Assembly: GCA_951406725.2 (NCBI GenBank)
Contig: OX597815.1
Location: forward strand, 156,116,001 to 156,180,000
DNA length: 64,000 bases
Source: Octopus vulgaris
Lineage: Eukaryota
Direction of reading: 5' to 3'
Shown: piece by piece, positions 27,970-41,414 of the stretch
Numbering within the stretch: position 1 is the stretch's first letter
Layout: each line of letters begins with the position of its first letter
Made by a program: the position numbers and the translations under genes
The notes under the pieces: model-generated
Database searches by the model: none
The model's input: only the letters and a program-made list of their open reading frames with translations
Told to the model about the DNA's origin: nothing

Positions 27970-28384
27970 TATTTCTTTATTGCCTGCAAGGGGCTAAACA
28001 CAGAGAGGACAAACAAAGACAGACAAACGGATTAAGTCGATTACATCGATCCCAGTGCGTAACAGGTACTTATTTAATCGACCCCGAAAGGATGAAAGGC
28101 AAAGTCGACCTCAGCGGAATTTGAACTCAGAACGTAACGGCAGACGAAATACCTATTTCTTTATTACCCACAATGGGCTAAACACAGAGTGGACAAGCAA
28201 GGACAGACAAACGGATTAAGTCGATTACATCGACCCAGTGCGTAACTGGTACTTATTTAATTGACCCCGAAAGGATGAAAGGCAAAGTCGACCTCGGCGG
28301 AATTTGAACTCAGAACGTAACAACAGACGAAGTACGGCTACGCATTTCGCCCGGCGTGCTAAAGTTTCTGCCAGCTCGCCGCCT
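27970..28384 (-). mobile_element. tRNA-derived SINE, family 2, with a tandem duplication of its 3' ~184 bp
   Basis: Minus-strand head AGGCGGCGAGCTGGCAGAAAC..GAGTTCAAATTCCGCC; central GTCGACTTTGCCTTTCATCCTTTCGGGGTCGAT..AATAAGTACC resembles the Meta domain. Units start at 27970 and 28154. Confidence 0.88.
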
Positions 28385-29530
28385 TATATGGATATACACA
28401 TTTCTGTCAATGTATTTGTGATTGTCATCACATTATAGTTGGTTTGTTTATGTCCTCGGTACTTAGAGACCGATTAAATAAATACTTAACACTCAAAGTA
28501 TTACCCAGCATGGCAACAGTCCAATGACTAATACGTATCTGATGTTAGTCGTCGCGATTATGACTGTTCATAGCGGTGTGTGTGTGTGTGTGTGTGCATG
28601 TCTCACCACCAAGATTTGGCAACTGGTATTGCTTGTTTACTGTCTGCGTAAGCTAGCAGTTCGGCAAAAGGCACCGATGGAATAAGTACCAATGACTAAA
28701 ACAACTAAGAGGTGAACAAGTATCAAAATAAATACAAGCACATTTATGAGGCGTAGAATTTCGAGGAATGCCGAGCAAAAAAAAAAAATGTGGCGATGTT
28801 AGGTTCAAGAGGAAAGGGGAAATACAGAACGCGATGCAAAGACGTAGACAATTTTATTTAAAGGCTGCCATAACCACCGGTTCCATTACGATTGGCAGTT
28901 TCAGCGTCAATCGGCTTCTCCGGAAAATGATATTAATCCATCTTAATGCTCTTAATGTTGAGTTTAAAATGAAGAAGAAATATATATTAAGTAATTCTTG
29001 AAGTATCAGCTATACGTCTATGTTTGCGTCATATTCTTTTATTCTTGTTTTTGTTTCAGACGTTTGACTGCGGCCATATAAAAAATCTTTTTCAGTTCAA
29101 GTACCTAAATCCATATTAATGCACGTATATTCACTTCTATCGTCTCGTATGTATTATATTATATATCACTAACTTGTGAAATCATTCAAAGTGAAAATAT
29201 TTCAAAACTTTTAAACTCTAACTTCTACGCCAATGAAAGATACTCGGCAGAAGTACACCGCATTAATATCTTAAATATACCTCTGTTTTTAACATCTGTT
29301 TTGATAAAATATGGCTGTTTGTCTATATTAATTTTAAGAAGCAAGACCAGTTGAAAGGAAAGAGACTGTTTTCTGCCACATCACTTTTTACTAAGATAGA
29401 TATTTACATAGGTAGATAAGAAGATAGATAAATAAATAAATAAATAGGTTGATAGGGAGAAAGAGAGAGAGGAGGAAAGGAAAAGAGAGAGGCAATTGGA
29501 AGAGGCATTACAGAGCTAGAGAGTCAGATA

Positions 29531-29914
29531 TCTCTCTATATATAAACGGCAGTTTGTCTGTGCGTGTTTCTGTGTGTCTTTTTGCTTGTACCCTCACCCT
29601 GGCCACGGCTTTCAACCGATTCTGATGAAACTTGACACACACATAGCCCAATGTCATAATTCAAAACTAACGTAGCGAAAATTTTGAAAAGTTTCACCAG
29701 TTCTGAAAAAAATCGATAAATTCGACATGGGGTCGAGAATCAGAAACACAAACCGCAAACTGTCTAGGGGACGAAACTCCACCTTTTTTCACTCTCAAAA
29801 AAAATTTACCATAATTTTTTTCCATTTTTTTGCTATTTTCTGGCTATAACTCTCTAAAAATGCTTTATAGTTATTTCCCTTACAAACCTGAGCAACGCCG
29901 GGCGATACTGCTAG
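29531..29914 (+). mobile_element. Non-autonomous Helitron
   Basis: A|TCTCTCTATATATAAACGGC start, 3' hairpin CCTGAGCAACGCCGGG, CTAG|T end, no TSD. Confidence 0.85.
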
Positions 29915-30031
29915 TATGAGTATAATAATCATTACGACTTTCAGCGCTCTAGGTTCAAATTCCACCAAAGGTGAAGTTGCATCTCATTCTTAAAGGCACC
30001 AACCCAGTCTCTCTTTCTCTCTCTCTCTCAC

Positions 30032-30065
<34 letters not shown>

Positions 30066-30670
30066 GCTTTCTCACTCACACACATACATGCTCATTCACT
30101 CATACATGCGATAACACAGTGGAAGCAGGCGGCTTCGATAAGAGAGCGAGAGAGAGGTTCACGAGCAACGTTTGATAATATCGTTGAAGAGACGGGATAT
30201 GGTACGATGGTGTATTTAAGACTCCATCAGGAGCGCAAGGCTGGAAGTGAAACACACACACAAACAAACACACACACACACACACACATACACATACATA
30301 TATATATATACATGCATGGAAGTGGTTGCGTGACCTTCAATTAAATAATGATATAGATAGGTATATGTGTGTATGTATATATATATGCATACATACATAC
30401 ATACATACATACATACATGTGTGTGTGAGTATTTTTCAAGATACAACTCACCATATTAACATCATTAAAGTCACATCGCATCTGTTTGACACATTCTCAT
30501 AATAAAATGTTATGAACATACATCAGATCTTCATATATGAAACTATTTAACGTATAACAATATATATGCACATGCAAGTATATATTCTTATTTACACACA
30601 CACATACACGCAGTCACACACACACACGTGATCTTTTTTCATTCTTCAGTCTTCCCCTTTTCCCTTTTTC

Positions 30671-30706
30671 CTTTCCAACAAAGAGCTATGCTCGAAACGT
30701 CAAAAG
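30671..30706 (+). ncRNA. Decayed minimal hammerhead-like motif
   Basis: TTT-CCAACAA-A-GAGC-TAT-GCTC-GAAAC-GTC-AAA; the core is explained as CCGACGA after two CpG transitions. Confidence 0.45.
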
Positions 30707-30853
30707 CTCTCTTTTTTACTGAAAATCAAATTAACACATTCCTGGTGGACGTCCTCGTGTTGTGTGTTATTGTTATTCTTAATGTTCGTTTATTCGAATT
30801 GACTACATCTGTATCAGTCTGTCTGTCTGTTTGTCTGTCTGTCTATCTGTCTG

Positions 30854-30892
<39 letters not shown>

Positions 30893-30925
30893 CTCTATCT
30901 ATTTATCTTTTTCTCTCTCTCTCCC

Positions 30926-30974
<49 letters not shown>

Positions 30975-31102
30975 TTGGAAATGGTTGCGTGACGTTCAAT
31001 TAAATAATGATATAAATAGTATATATAAATATATATATATATATATTTGTATATATATATATACATAGATAGATACATACATGCATTCATATATACATAA
31101 AT

Positions 31103-31145
<43 letters not shown>

Positions 31146-31366
31146 CATACATACATATATGTCAGATCACGCTTGAATGCTACTGGTAACATGTAATCCA
31201 GTACAACCTGTCGCTGGGTCGGGACGTCGCCGACTAAACCGGCAACCTCACCAGCAACCATCTTTAATTTGTCTCAAACTATTACTCGTCTTCCGATTGT
31301 GCTAATGAAACGCATTTGTTCTATGTGCTCCTGAAAATTTAACTCATATGAAGCAAAATCAAATTG

Positions 31367-31445
<79 letters not shown>

Positions 31446-31549
31446 AGAGACAGAGACAGACAGACAGAATAAGAGAAGGAAAATACATACAGTTTAAATA
31501 GTTTTAATATTTTTTTAAATATATTTTATAAGTGAAAGAGCATTGTGTT

Positions 31550-31582
31550 TGTCGACCGGTTTCGCTTTTGCTAATCAAGACA
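31550..31582 (-). ncRNA. Minimal hammerhead ribozyme motif in the PLE 3' end (core decayed)
   Basis: Minus strand TGTC-TTGATTA-GC-AAAA-GC-GAAAC-CG-GTC-GACA; position downstream of the GIY-YIG domain is as expected for PLEs. Confidence 0.6.
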
Positions 31583-32712
31583 TTGAAATTATTGGAATTT
31601 CGCATTTCCTTAAGAAGATTTTAGTCCACGTTGTGTATTGGGATTTGTGAATGAAATGAATCAACAGGTAGAAAAACCTAAGGGTAAGTAATTGGTGGTC
31701 GTTATTATTCGGAACAAGAGAGGTAATTGCTCAGTTTGTGGGGTGGGGTAAATAACTATACAAAAGCTCAAAAGCTAGACTAGTGAGATGAAATATTTAC
31801 AGTGATATGTATATGCATGTGAATTAAAATATATATTGTGATCAAATTTAGGCGTGTTCTGTATTTTTCTATAAATATATTTTCTTTATTTAAACGTTCT
31901 TATACAGAAATTGTTTCTTTGCACTGTTAGATGGGAAAAACTGTGAAGTTTGGTTGGTTATGTGTTCACTCAAATGAATCTGATGTATTGTGAGAAACGG
32001 ATCAGTTCCTTCTGTAGTGTGGTTCTCCGTCTAAATGCCATACTTATCTGTCCTATATAGTTATGTCCACAACCTGAACAAGTTATAACATACATTAGAT
32101 TCTCGGGGGCACACGTGAAGTTAGTTTTAATTGTGCTGCTATATCTTGTTTGAATCAAAATTCCGAGCCTTCCTGTAGTTTGGGGCATGTCTCACAGTTT
32201 GGACGTCCAATTTTTTTACTATTGGTTGCGTGGTTTTTGTGTAAAGCTTCGCATTTCGAGATGTCGTGTGGTGTTACGTTTTCTTTCCCATAGTGCTTTA
32301 ATGACTAATTTCTTGGCATGCTTAATTCCATTGTCTGTAAGTGAGGGTGGATATTGTCTCTCAGTTAGTGTTGCTTTGAGGTCTTGAAGACGGAGGTCCC
32401 GGTTATTTCCATCAGACAATATTGCGCAAATTCATTTTAATAAATTAAAGTGGAGATAACATTTGATTTGTTTCGGGTGACATGAGCTGCACAGAAGATA
32501 TTATCAGTTACAATTTGGTTGTTGACTTTTTTTGTCATAATATCTAGGAAATGGAGCTGTTCCTTGCTATATTCCATTGTAAATTGAATGTTAGGATTTA
32601 TATTATTTAGTATTGAGTTAAATTCTAAAAGTTTATCAATTGTCCCATCCAAATGATAAAGCAGTCATCCAGATATCTTTTCCAGTTTTGTCTTATATAA
32701 TGGTGAAATGGA

Positions 32713-32920
32713 TACTCTTTACTCTTTTACTTGTTTCAGTCATTTGACTGCGGCCATGCTGGAGCACCGCCTTTAATCGAGCAAATCGACCCCAGGACTT
32801 ATTCTTTGTAAGCCCAGTACTTATTCTATCGGTCTCTTTTTGCCGAACCGCTAAGTGACGGGGACGTAAACACACCAGCATCGGTTGTCAAGCAATGCTA
32901 GGGGGACAAACACAGACACA

Positions 32921-33010
<90 letters not shown>

Positions 33011-33172
33011 ACAGGCTTCTTTCAGTTTCCATCTACCAAATCCACTCAGAAGGCATTGGCCGGCCCGGGGCTATAGCAGAAGACACTTTCCCAAGATGCC
33101 ACGCAGTGGGACTGAACCTGGAACCATGTGGTTGGTTAGCAAGCTACTTACCACACAGCCGCCCCTGCGCCT
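32713..33172 (-). mobile_element. SINE family 1 (full length) inserted in the PLE RT domain
   Basis: Colinear with the other copies; separates the GIAMG and YLDD motifs. Confidence 0.93.
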
Positions 33173-33896
33173 ATTTTTACAGTAACACTTCATATATGGT
33201 GAATTCAAAATATCCCATTATTAGGTTCGCATGAATAGGGACTGCTTTGGTTCCCATCGCAATTCCGCATTATTGACGATATTACGTGTCGTCAAATAGG
33301 AAATAATTGTTCAATAATAAAAACCTGGTTTATGTGTTCCGGAAGTTCTTCAGAGAACCTTTCCAGCCAGAATGTTATTGTTTCTATTCCATTGTCATGT
33401 CGGATATTGGTGTAAAGATTAATAACATCGAAGGAAACTAATAATTCTTCATTATTTGTTTTTGGTAGGTGCTCAAACACATCTAGATCGTCTCTAATGA
33501 AACATTTGATGTATTTCAGCAAGTGTTTCAGTAATACGCCTAGAAAATTGCTTAGGTGATGGGTTTCACTGGAAGGGCCAGCTATAATGGATCTTAGCTC
33601 TAAATCTTCTGGTGCTAGGATATCTATGTATTTGCTTGATGATTGTTTGCAGGATTCATTAACTCTCTTGCTCTTGTGTATTTTTGCTAGCCTGCAAAAA
33701 GAGACTAGATTTGCATTTAATGTTCGTGTTCTAATCTATTTCTTTTTCCGTCAGGTCTTTTCTATGTGGATGAATTAAGGATGCAAGATTTTTCATTGTT
33801 TTTTGTTGTTTATAATTTATACCATTTTCGTAGAAGGTAACGTTTTATATCATGGATAATATTAGGTTTTTGTAGTATCAGGACTGCAACACTTCC

Positions 33897-33975
33897 TTTG
33901 TCTGCTTCTTTAATGTTTTGTGTTTTGTCTGCTTCTTTAATGTTTTGTGTTTTGTCTGCTTCTTTAGTGTTTTGT
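33897..33975. repeat. 27-bp tandem repeat x3 inside the PLE
   Basis: TTTGTCTGCTTCTTTAATGTTTTGTGT units at 33897, 33924 and 33951. Confidence 0.9.
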
Positions 33976-35751
33976 CGTTTTGTAGCTCAATTAGATTTTC
34001 CCATTCTAAATTGTTGAGGTCTGAATTAAGTTTTCACTTATAGAAAGTATTTGGAACATTTTGGATATGATCGCAGAAGTCATCTAGTGTTTTATTCCTA
34101 CACTTAGGTGGGAGATAATTGGTTCTACTTTTAACCAGTGATTCATCTTCGTTGTTGTAGTCAGTTTGTACTTTTGCGCGTTGTAGTTTTCTGCAGAATT
34201 CCGAAATATTGTCTTTAATTTCATTCTGGCTAGTTCTTCATGGGGTCGGGGTAAATTTCCATAATTTAGCTAGTATACTGATATACTAATTTTTGCTGCA
34301 GAGACAGTTTTCTTTCATAAATTAATTACTTTCGGTTTCTTGTGTATGTTTTGTTCCAACGTGTGTCTCTGTTTCTCTCCATTCGGTCTTAAAGACCTTT
34401 ACTGTAATTTGATTGATAGAAAGTATCAGTGTTATTAATTATATTCAGATTGCTGGGAGGCTGGTTTTTGCTGTCTGGGTAAATTGATTGGAAGTACGTG
34501 TTTCGGGTTTCGTAGCTGGTATAAATTGTTAGGTTTCTTAATTGTGTTTGAGATGCTGGGCGGAGAGCGGTGCTGTCTTGGTAAATAGACTGGAATTCCA
34601 TAGGTCAGGTTTCTTCGATGAGGGATAGAAGAAGTCCGTTGGATGTATCTAGTTGTTGGAGAGAAAAATTACTCTTAACCCTAGGTTGGTTTCTTCTAGT
34701 TTTTATCTAATTAGTAAATTGCTCCTTTTCTTAGATTAAGAACGATTTACTTCCAAGTGAGAAGTTAGTTTTATGTATTTGTGTTCTTTTAGATGTTTAT
34801 AGTTTAATCTAGTCGGATGCTTATTTATTTCTGTACATGTATTTGTATTAGATTTTTTTCAGGAAAGTGTTATCTGAAATATAGTCTCTTTTAAACTGAG
34901 TTTCGTAACTAAGGAAGGAATTAACTGTTTTCACACCGCTGAAGGAAATTTATTACTTCCGACTCACAGCCATCTTTCCATAGTTTTATAACAATATCCA
35001 AATGTTGTTCATCAGCATGTTTATTGAGTTCGGTGTGCATTTCTTCATTGTTATTCGATGCTCTAAGTTTAAGTAGCTCAATTTCTATTTTCATTTTCTC
35101 TAGCGCTAATTTCTCCTTAAGTTGTTTTTATTGTTCGGGTTCCTCTGGAATTGGTCTGATTTGTAGTTTATTTTTCTTTTGGAACTTGATAAAAAAATAA
35201 TAATAAAGCAGAAATACATGAAAAGTAGAGGAACTCAACACCATTAATTCTGCCGCCTAAAGTACAAATCAAACTAATACCTGAGGAGCCCGAACAACAA
35301 AGACAACTTAGGGAGGAATTAGTGCTTGAGACAGATAAAGTTGATGGGGATTCGACGATGACATTGATGGGGGTTTGATGTTTAGACTGTAAGTTGCAAA
35401 TCAACGAAGGGAGGTAACCTGTGAAGAGAAGGCTATTTCAAGTTGTTTTGACGTGACTGGGGCAAGAATTGCGCATAGTGGATGAAATGGATTTTTGGAG
35501 ATGTAATTACAAAATGAACGACAATAGAAAGACAGACGTGTGTGTTGGGTAGCCATGACTGCAGATAATATGGTATGAAGAATGTTGGTCTATTTGCGTT
35601 GGAATAATTACAGAAGTTTTCGCACATGGCAGGTGTGTATATATATTCGCGAGGTGAGATTTTATTCGCACAAGTATACTCGCATATGTTCACACATATG
35701 TAAATACATACATAAATACGCACACACACACACATCATATACAGATATATA

Positions 35752-35814
<63 letters not shown>

Positions 35815-35870
35815 GTATGTATATGTGTGTATATATATATATATATGTGTGTGTGTATCTATATTTATAC

Positions 35871-35901
<31 letters not shown>

Positions 35902-35921
35902 GATATATTTACACACACACA

Positions 35922-35955
<34 letters not shown>

Positions 35956-36679
35956 CACATATATATATGTGTACATATACGTATATATAACATATATATA
36001 CGCATACATGTGCACATAAAGCGAGAGAGAGAAGAACATATGTGTGTAGGTGTATACTTGAGTGATTCTATGTATGTATGCATGTTTATTGTAAGTATGT
36101 GCTTATAAAAGGACGTGTGAATGTCTACCTACATATATCATTTAAACTTTTAGGAAATGTATATTGCAAGGCTAATTCTGGATAAAATATGTGCCGCTAC
36201 ATTTTGAACTAAATGCGTAGAACTATAGATAAAATGAACCAACTTGTGATGTATTGGTTAGCAATTTTCCTTTGCATGAGCAGGAAAATTCATGGTTGAT
36301 GTAGATTAGCAGTTATTTTTAGTTTTGAATTGCTTTATTTCAGGTAAGTTATATAACATATCCTACACTTCACAGTAACAACAATACATACATACATATA
36401 TATATAAATACGTATGTATGTATATACATATGTATATGTATACGTGTGTGTGTATATAAAGCAATACAGCGAGCGTAAGTAGAAAGGAACTAGATAAATT
36501 TATACATTTTGAAATTTTACTGTGAGTTAAATAAGAATGTAAAAACATTCTTGATGTACAATCGATAGGTGAGCAAAGTAGTCTCGCGACGGACCGTTTC
36601 ATGGTTTATTGATCACTTCTCGTGGAGGACGACGTGCCTGGTCTCGTTTCTCGATGAAGTGCATCGCCTGATCATACAT

Positions 36680-36826
36680 AGGCATAGGAGTGGCTGTGTG
36701 GTAAGTAGCTTGCTTACGAACCACATGATTCCGGGTTCCGTCCAACTGTGTGGCACCTTGGTCAAGTGTCTTCTACTATAGCCTCGGGCCGACTAAAACC
36801 TTGTGAGTGGATTTGGGCAACATATA

Positions 36827-36899
<73 letters not shown>

Positions 36900-37123
36900 T
36901 TATGTATGTGTGTGTATATGTATGTGTGTCTGTGTTTGTCACCCCAACATCGCTTGACAACCGATGCTGGTGTGTTTACGTCCTCGTAACTTAGCGGTTC
37001 GGCAGAAGAGACCGATAGAATAATTACTAGGCTTACAAAGAATAAGTCCTGGAGTCGATCTTCTCGACTAAAGGCGGTGCTCCAGCATGGTCACAGTCAC
37101 ATGACTGAAACAAGTAAAAGAGT
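36680..37123 (+). mobile_element. SINE family 1 (internal deletion, expanded microsatellite)
   Basis: Colinear head and tail; lacks the AGACGGAAACTGAAAGAAGCCCGTCG segment. Confidence 0.9.
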
Positions 37124-38506
37124 ATATATATATATATATAAGGAGAGGGGGAGATATTATATGCACATCATATATACATATATGCATATTCGTATATATA
37201 TAAACATATGCTTATACCTATATACATTCGCACAAACATAATGCCTATATACATGCAAACACACCCGCCCACGCATGTACACACACGCACGCATACACAC
37301 ACACGCACTCCACAAAATGCCAGTTTTTCTCGGTGCATGGCATAATGTATTATATACGACTTCAACATTCACTTATGAAATTATCTATTACATGCACATA
37401 AATGACTTTAGCTTGTTTTTCGAACTTTATACAACAGCAGTAGTAGACCCGTTTTCATAATATTAGATAGACTGATCTGAAATGTGCATGTGAATGAATT
37501 CGATTTGTACTGCAAATACCTTTATGCGTTAAATGGAACTTGAAAATCTTTTCTGATTTTCATTGGTTTCTGTACACCAGCAGTATCACCTATATATTTT
37601 GCATTAATATATTATTATGAATAGCTTATTTCCATGCCATGAAAATTTGAAATATCTAAGTGAAGCGACAAAGCGACACGCTACGTTATCTATACCTAAT
37701 TTTAAGAGTAGAAACGTGTGCTCTGCCATATTTCATGCTGCCAAATTTATGGTAAGTGGGTGAATAAATTTACTTTTGCACATGAGCCGATTTCTCGCCA
37801 ATGTACCAGGCTTTTACAAAGAAGAAATGTACATCGTCTATCATGTATTTCTGTGAAGTACAGGAATTGTGGAAGTTTATTTTTTACCTCCGCCCCTGGA
37901 TGTCTTTTGACTCTCTCACTTGAATACTTGGAGGGCTGTTGTGTATTACACTTAGTATTGGCATCAATGTTCCTTTCTCAATCAAATAATCATATCTGTA
38001 TGATTTTAGATGTTGTTTGGAGGCGCGGGGAAGGACTGTATACACTGCTCCCAGCGCTGTCGATTCACGTTGTCAGTGTCTGTAATGTGGTTGTTTCACG
38101 TACTCAATATTTACGTAAGCGAAATGTATTTTGTTTTGTATCTTGATAATATAAATTTAACTGTGCGTCGAAGCCACACGAGTGCTTGTATGCATCACAG
38201 ATAAGAGAAGTGAGGTTATAGAATAGATGTTTATTCCATCCTTTACAGCCGTTTCATAATCTTGTTAGTTGTATAATAGATGTTATATCACTATTAACAC
38301 ACATATAGAATATACACATAGAAAATTGTAAATAAATATATATGCGTGTGTGTACCAATATATATAATGATGCTGATACGGGAATCAACAGACCAATCCT
38401 GAGAACGATACATGGTGATTGAAAACATCAACACTACCACAGAGAGTAAGCAGAATCTATATATATCCACATCTGCCTGTGGATATACAAACATACATAC
38501 ATACAT

Positions 38507-39092
<586 letters not shown>

Positions 39093-39114
39093 TATATATG
39101 TATATGTATGTATG

Positions 39115-39161
<47 letters not shown>

Positions 39162-39427
39162 AATTTCGGTATGGAAAAGGAACATATTCGATAAAAATTT
39201 ATATAATTATAATAATAAGGGTTTTTTACAACAAGTTGCTTAAACCACATTGGGAGAAAGCGCTAATCCGAATGATATGATCTGAATGATATGATATATA
39301 TGTAAAAAATGTAATATATAAATAAATATCTATAAATATGAACCATCCGATCTGATTACCTCATTTTTTCTAATATATAATACCTGTACATCATCTCCAA
39401 ACCTTCCAATATATATATATATATATG

Positions 39428-39630
39428 TTAATCCAAACAAGAAAACACAGAAAAAAACACAGCAACGCGAGGACGTGGAACAATTAAAGTATTATTTGAC
39501 GCTCAGGAAAGAAGGGAAGGAGGGTTTAATGATTCGAGCGGAGCTCTTTGTCGGAAACAAAGGAGAAGGAAAGATCCCGAGAAGGGAAGACAGAGGAAAA
39601 ACATTTTTTGCTGGTGGTGCTCAAGAGATC
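39428..39630 (-). mobile_element. Short cassette with hammerhead-like motif (related to 30628-30805)
   Basis: Minus strand GTTT-CCGACAA-A-GAGC-TCC-GCTC-GAATC-ATT-AAAC at 39524-39558; downstream ccacgtcctcgcgttgctgtg matches ggacgtcctcgtgttgtgtg at ~30750. Confidence 0.55.
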
Positions 39631-39666
39631 ACATGTTGTGTGTGTGTGTAAGAGAGAGAGAGAGAC

Positions 39667-39705
<39 letters not shown>

Positions 39706-40524
39706 GGGAGAGTCAGCTTACTTTCTGTAGTATAGGTGATGTTTTCAACCACCCATCATTCTGAGTGAGAATCAGTGTGGGTTTCCTTATCAGCACCCTA
39801 CTTTATATGAGCAAGCAGAGATATATAAATATATATATATATGTGTGTGTTTATATATGTTTATATAAGAATAAGTCCCGGGGTCGATGTCTTCGACTAA
39901 AGGCGGTGTTACAGTATGGCCGCAGTCAAATGAATGAAACAAGTAAAAAAAATAAGCCTGATTGAATGATGTCTATATGGTAGACCTGAAGTTATAGTTT
40001 GTGTTGGCTGAACTTTCTTTTTATGAGTGGACAGAGCTGTTTCTTATATTGTGGAGTTGTGCTAGTTTAGAGGTCATAAAATTTCTCTTTGAATATATTG
40101 TATATGTATTAAGTCCTCTATCCTGAGCATTTGAAGTGAAATCTTTTACACAAATATATATCTAAACAAAACTATAAATCAAGCTATTAACAATGTGTAT
40201 GTGTGTGTGTGTGTTGTATATATGCGCGTGCGTGCTTGTCTGTGAAAGAGAGAGTGTTTGGAATGTTGTGAATAAATTTTTATGCCTGAATTGGAAACAT
40301 ATATTTTACAGAGTAATTGACTTAGAAAGATCACAACAATTTTTTTCCTTGTTTGACTTTTTTTTGTGTTTTGTTTTGTTTTTTTCCATTTCTATCTCAG
40401 TGAATAGTTGTGTTAACACTAATATTGATTACACTTCCGAAATAACTCTTCGCATCACACTTCAAAAATATATGACCCACCACCACTCAGTTAGTTCTCC
40501 AAGACCGAAACAGCGATGTATGTG

Positions 40525-40526
<2 letters not shown>

Positions 40527-40596
<70 letters not shown>

Positions 40597-40637
40597 CAGA
40601 GAGACAGAGACAGAGAGACAGAGAGACAGAGAGAGAG

Positions 40638-40673
<36 letters not shown>

Positions 40674-40693
40674 ACACAGACACACACACACAC
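40527..40693. repeat. (GA)n/(GAGACA)n/(CA)n compound microsatellite
   Basis: Directly visible; source of the 239-aa artefact ORF. Confidence 0.95.
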
Positions 40694-41002
40694 ATTATAT
40701 ATATATGTATGTATCTATGTATCTGTCTATTTTTCTACTTGTTACTCTCCTTGAATTATGCATGCAAAGATACATACAAAAATACATACAAACACACATG
40801 CATACGTGTGTGTGTATGTGTATGTGTGTGTGTGTTGAGTTATAATCAAAACAGTCTCACATTAAACTCTACTTATTACAGAATACATTTTCATTATGCG
40901 TTTACAAGATAGAGGACTGTGTGTATATAAATCTGCATCTATATGTGTATGAGCGCGTGCTTGTATATGTGTATACATACATGCTATTATATTTGCAAAA
41001 CA

Positions 41003-41414
41003 TTTTATTCTTTTATTTGTTTCAGTTATTTGACTGCGGCCATTCTGGTGCACCGCCTTTAATCGAAAAAATCGACCCGAGGACTTATTCTTTGTAAGCC
41101 TAGTACTTATTCTATCAGTCTCTTTTGCCTAACCGCTAAGTTACGGGAACGTAAATATACCAACATCAGCTGTCAAGCGATGTTGAGGGGATAAACACAT
41201 GCACAGACACACACACATGCATGCATATATATATATATATATATATATATACACGATAGGCTTCTTTCAGTTTCCGTCTAACAAATGCACTCGCAAGGCC
41301 TTGCTTGGCCCGAGACTATAGCGGAAGAGTAATGTCCAAGGTGTCACGCAGTGGGACTGAACCCGGAACCATGCAGTTGAGAAGCAAGCTTCTTACCACA
41401 CAGCCACGCCTGCG
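41003..41414 (-). mobile_element. SINE family 1 (full length)
   Basis: Colinear with the other copies. Confidence 0.9.

Larger units (their letters stand above)
31500..35170 (-). mobile_element. Decayed Penelope-like element (RT + GIY-YIG endonuclease)
   Basis: Minus-strand motifs KEADKG (~33900), LLVSFDVINLYTNI (~33420), GIAMGTKAVPIHANLIMGYFE (~33240), WKRYLDDCFII (~32670), NIQFTMEYSKEQLHFLDI, and NFTCAPENLMYVITCSGCGHNYIGQ (GIY-YIG, ~32080). Many stops and frameshifts; SINE inserted in the RT. Confidence 0.9.

Noticed and set aside
27970-28330. CRISPR-like or regularly spaced repeat array
   Set aside because: Only a two-unit SINE duplication; no repeat-spacer structure anywhere in the window.
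36580-36635. Possible minus-strand hammerhead (GAAACGGTCCGTC)
   Set aside because: Core and stem II are too degenerate.
40193-40912. Longest ORF in the track (239 aa) and the many YIYI/THTH/CVCV/RERE ORFs
   Set aside because: These are translations of stop-free microsatellites or SINE interiors, with no protein signature.
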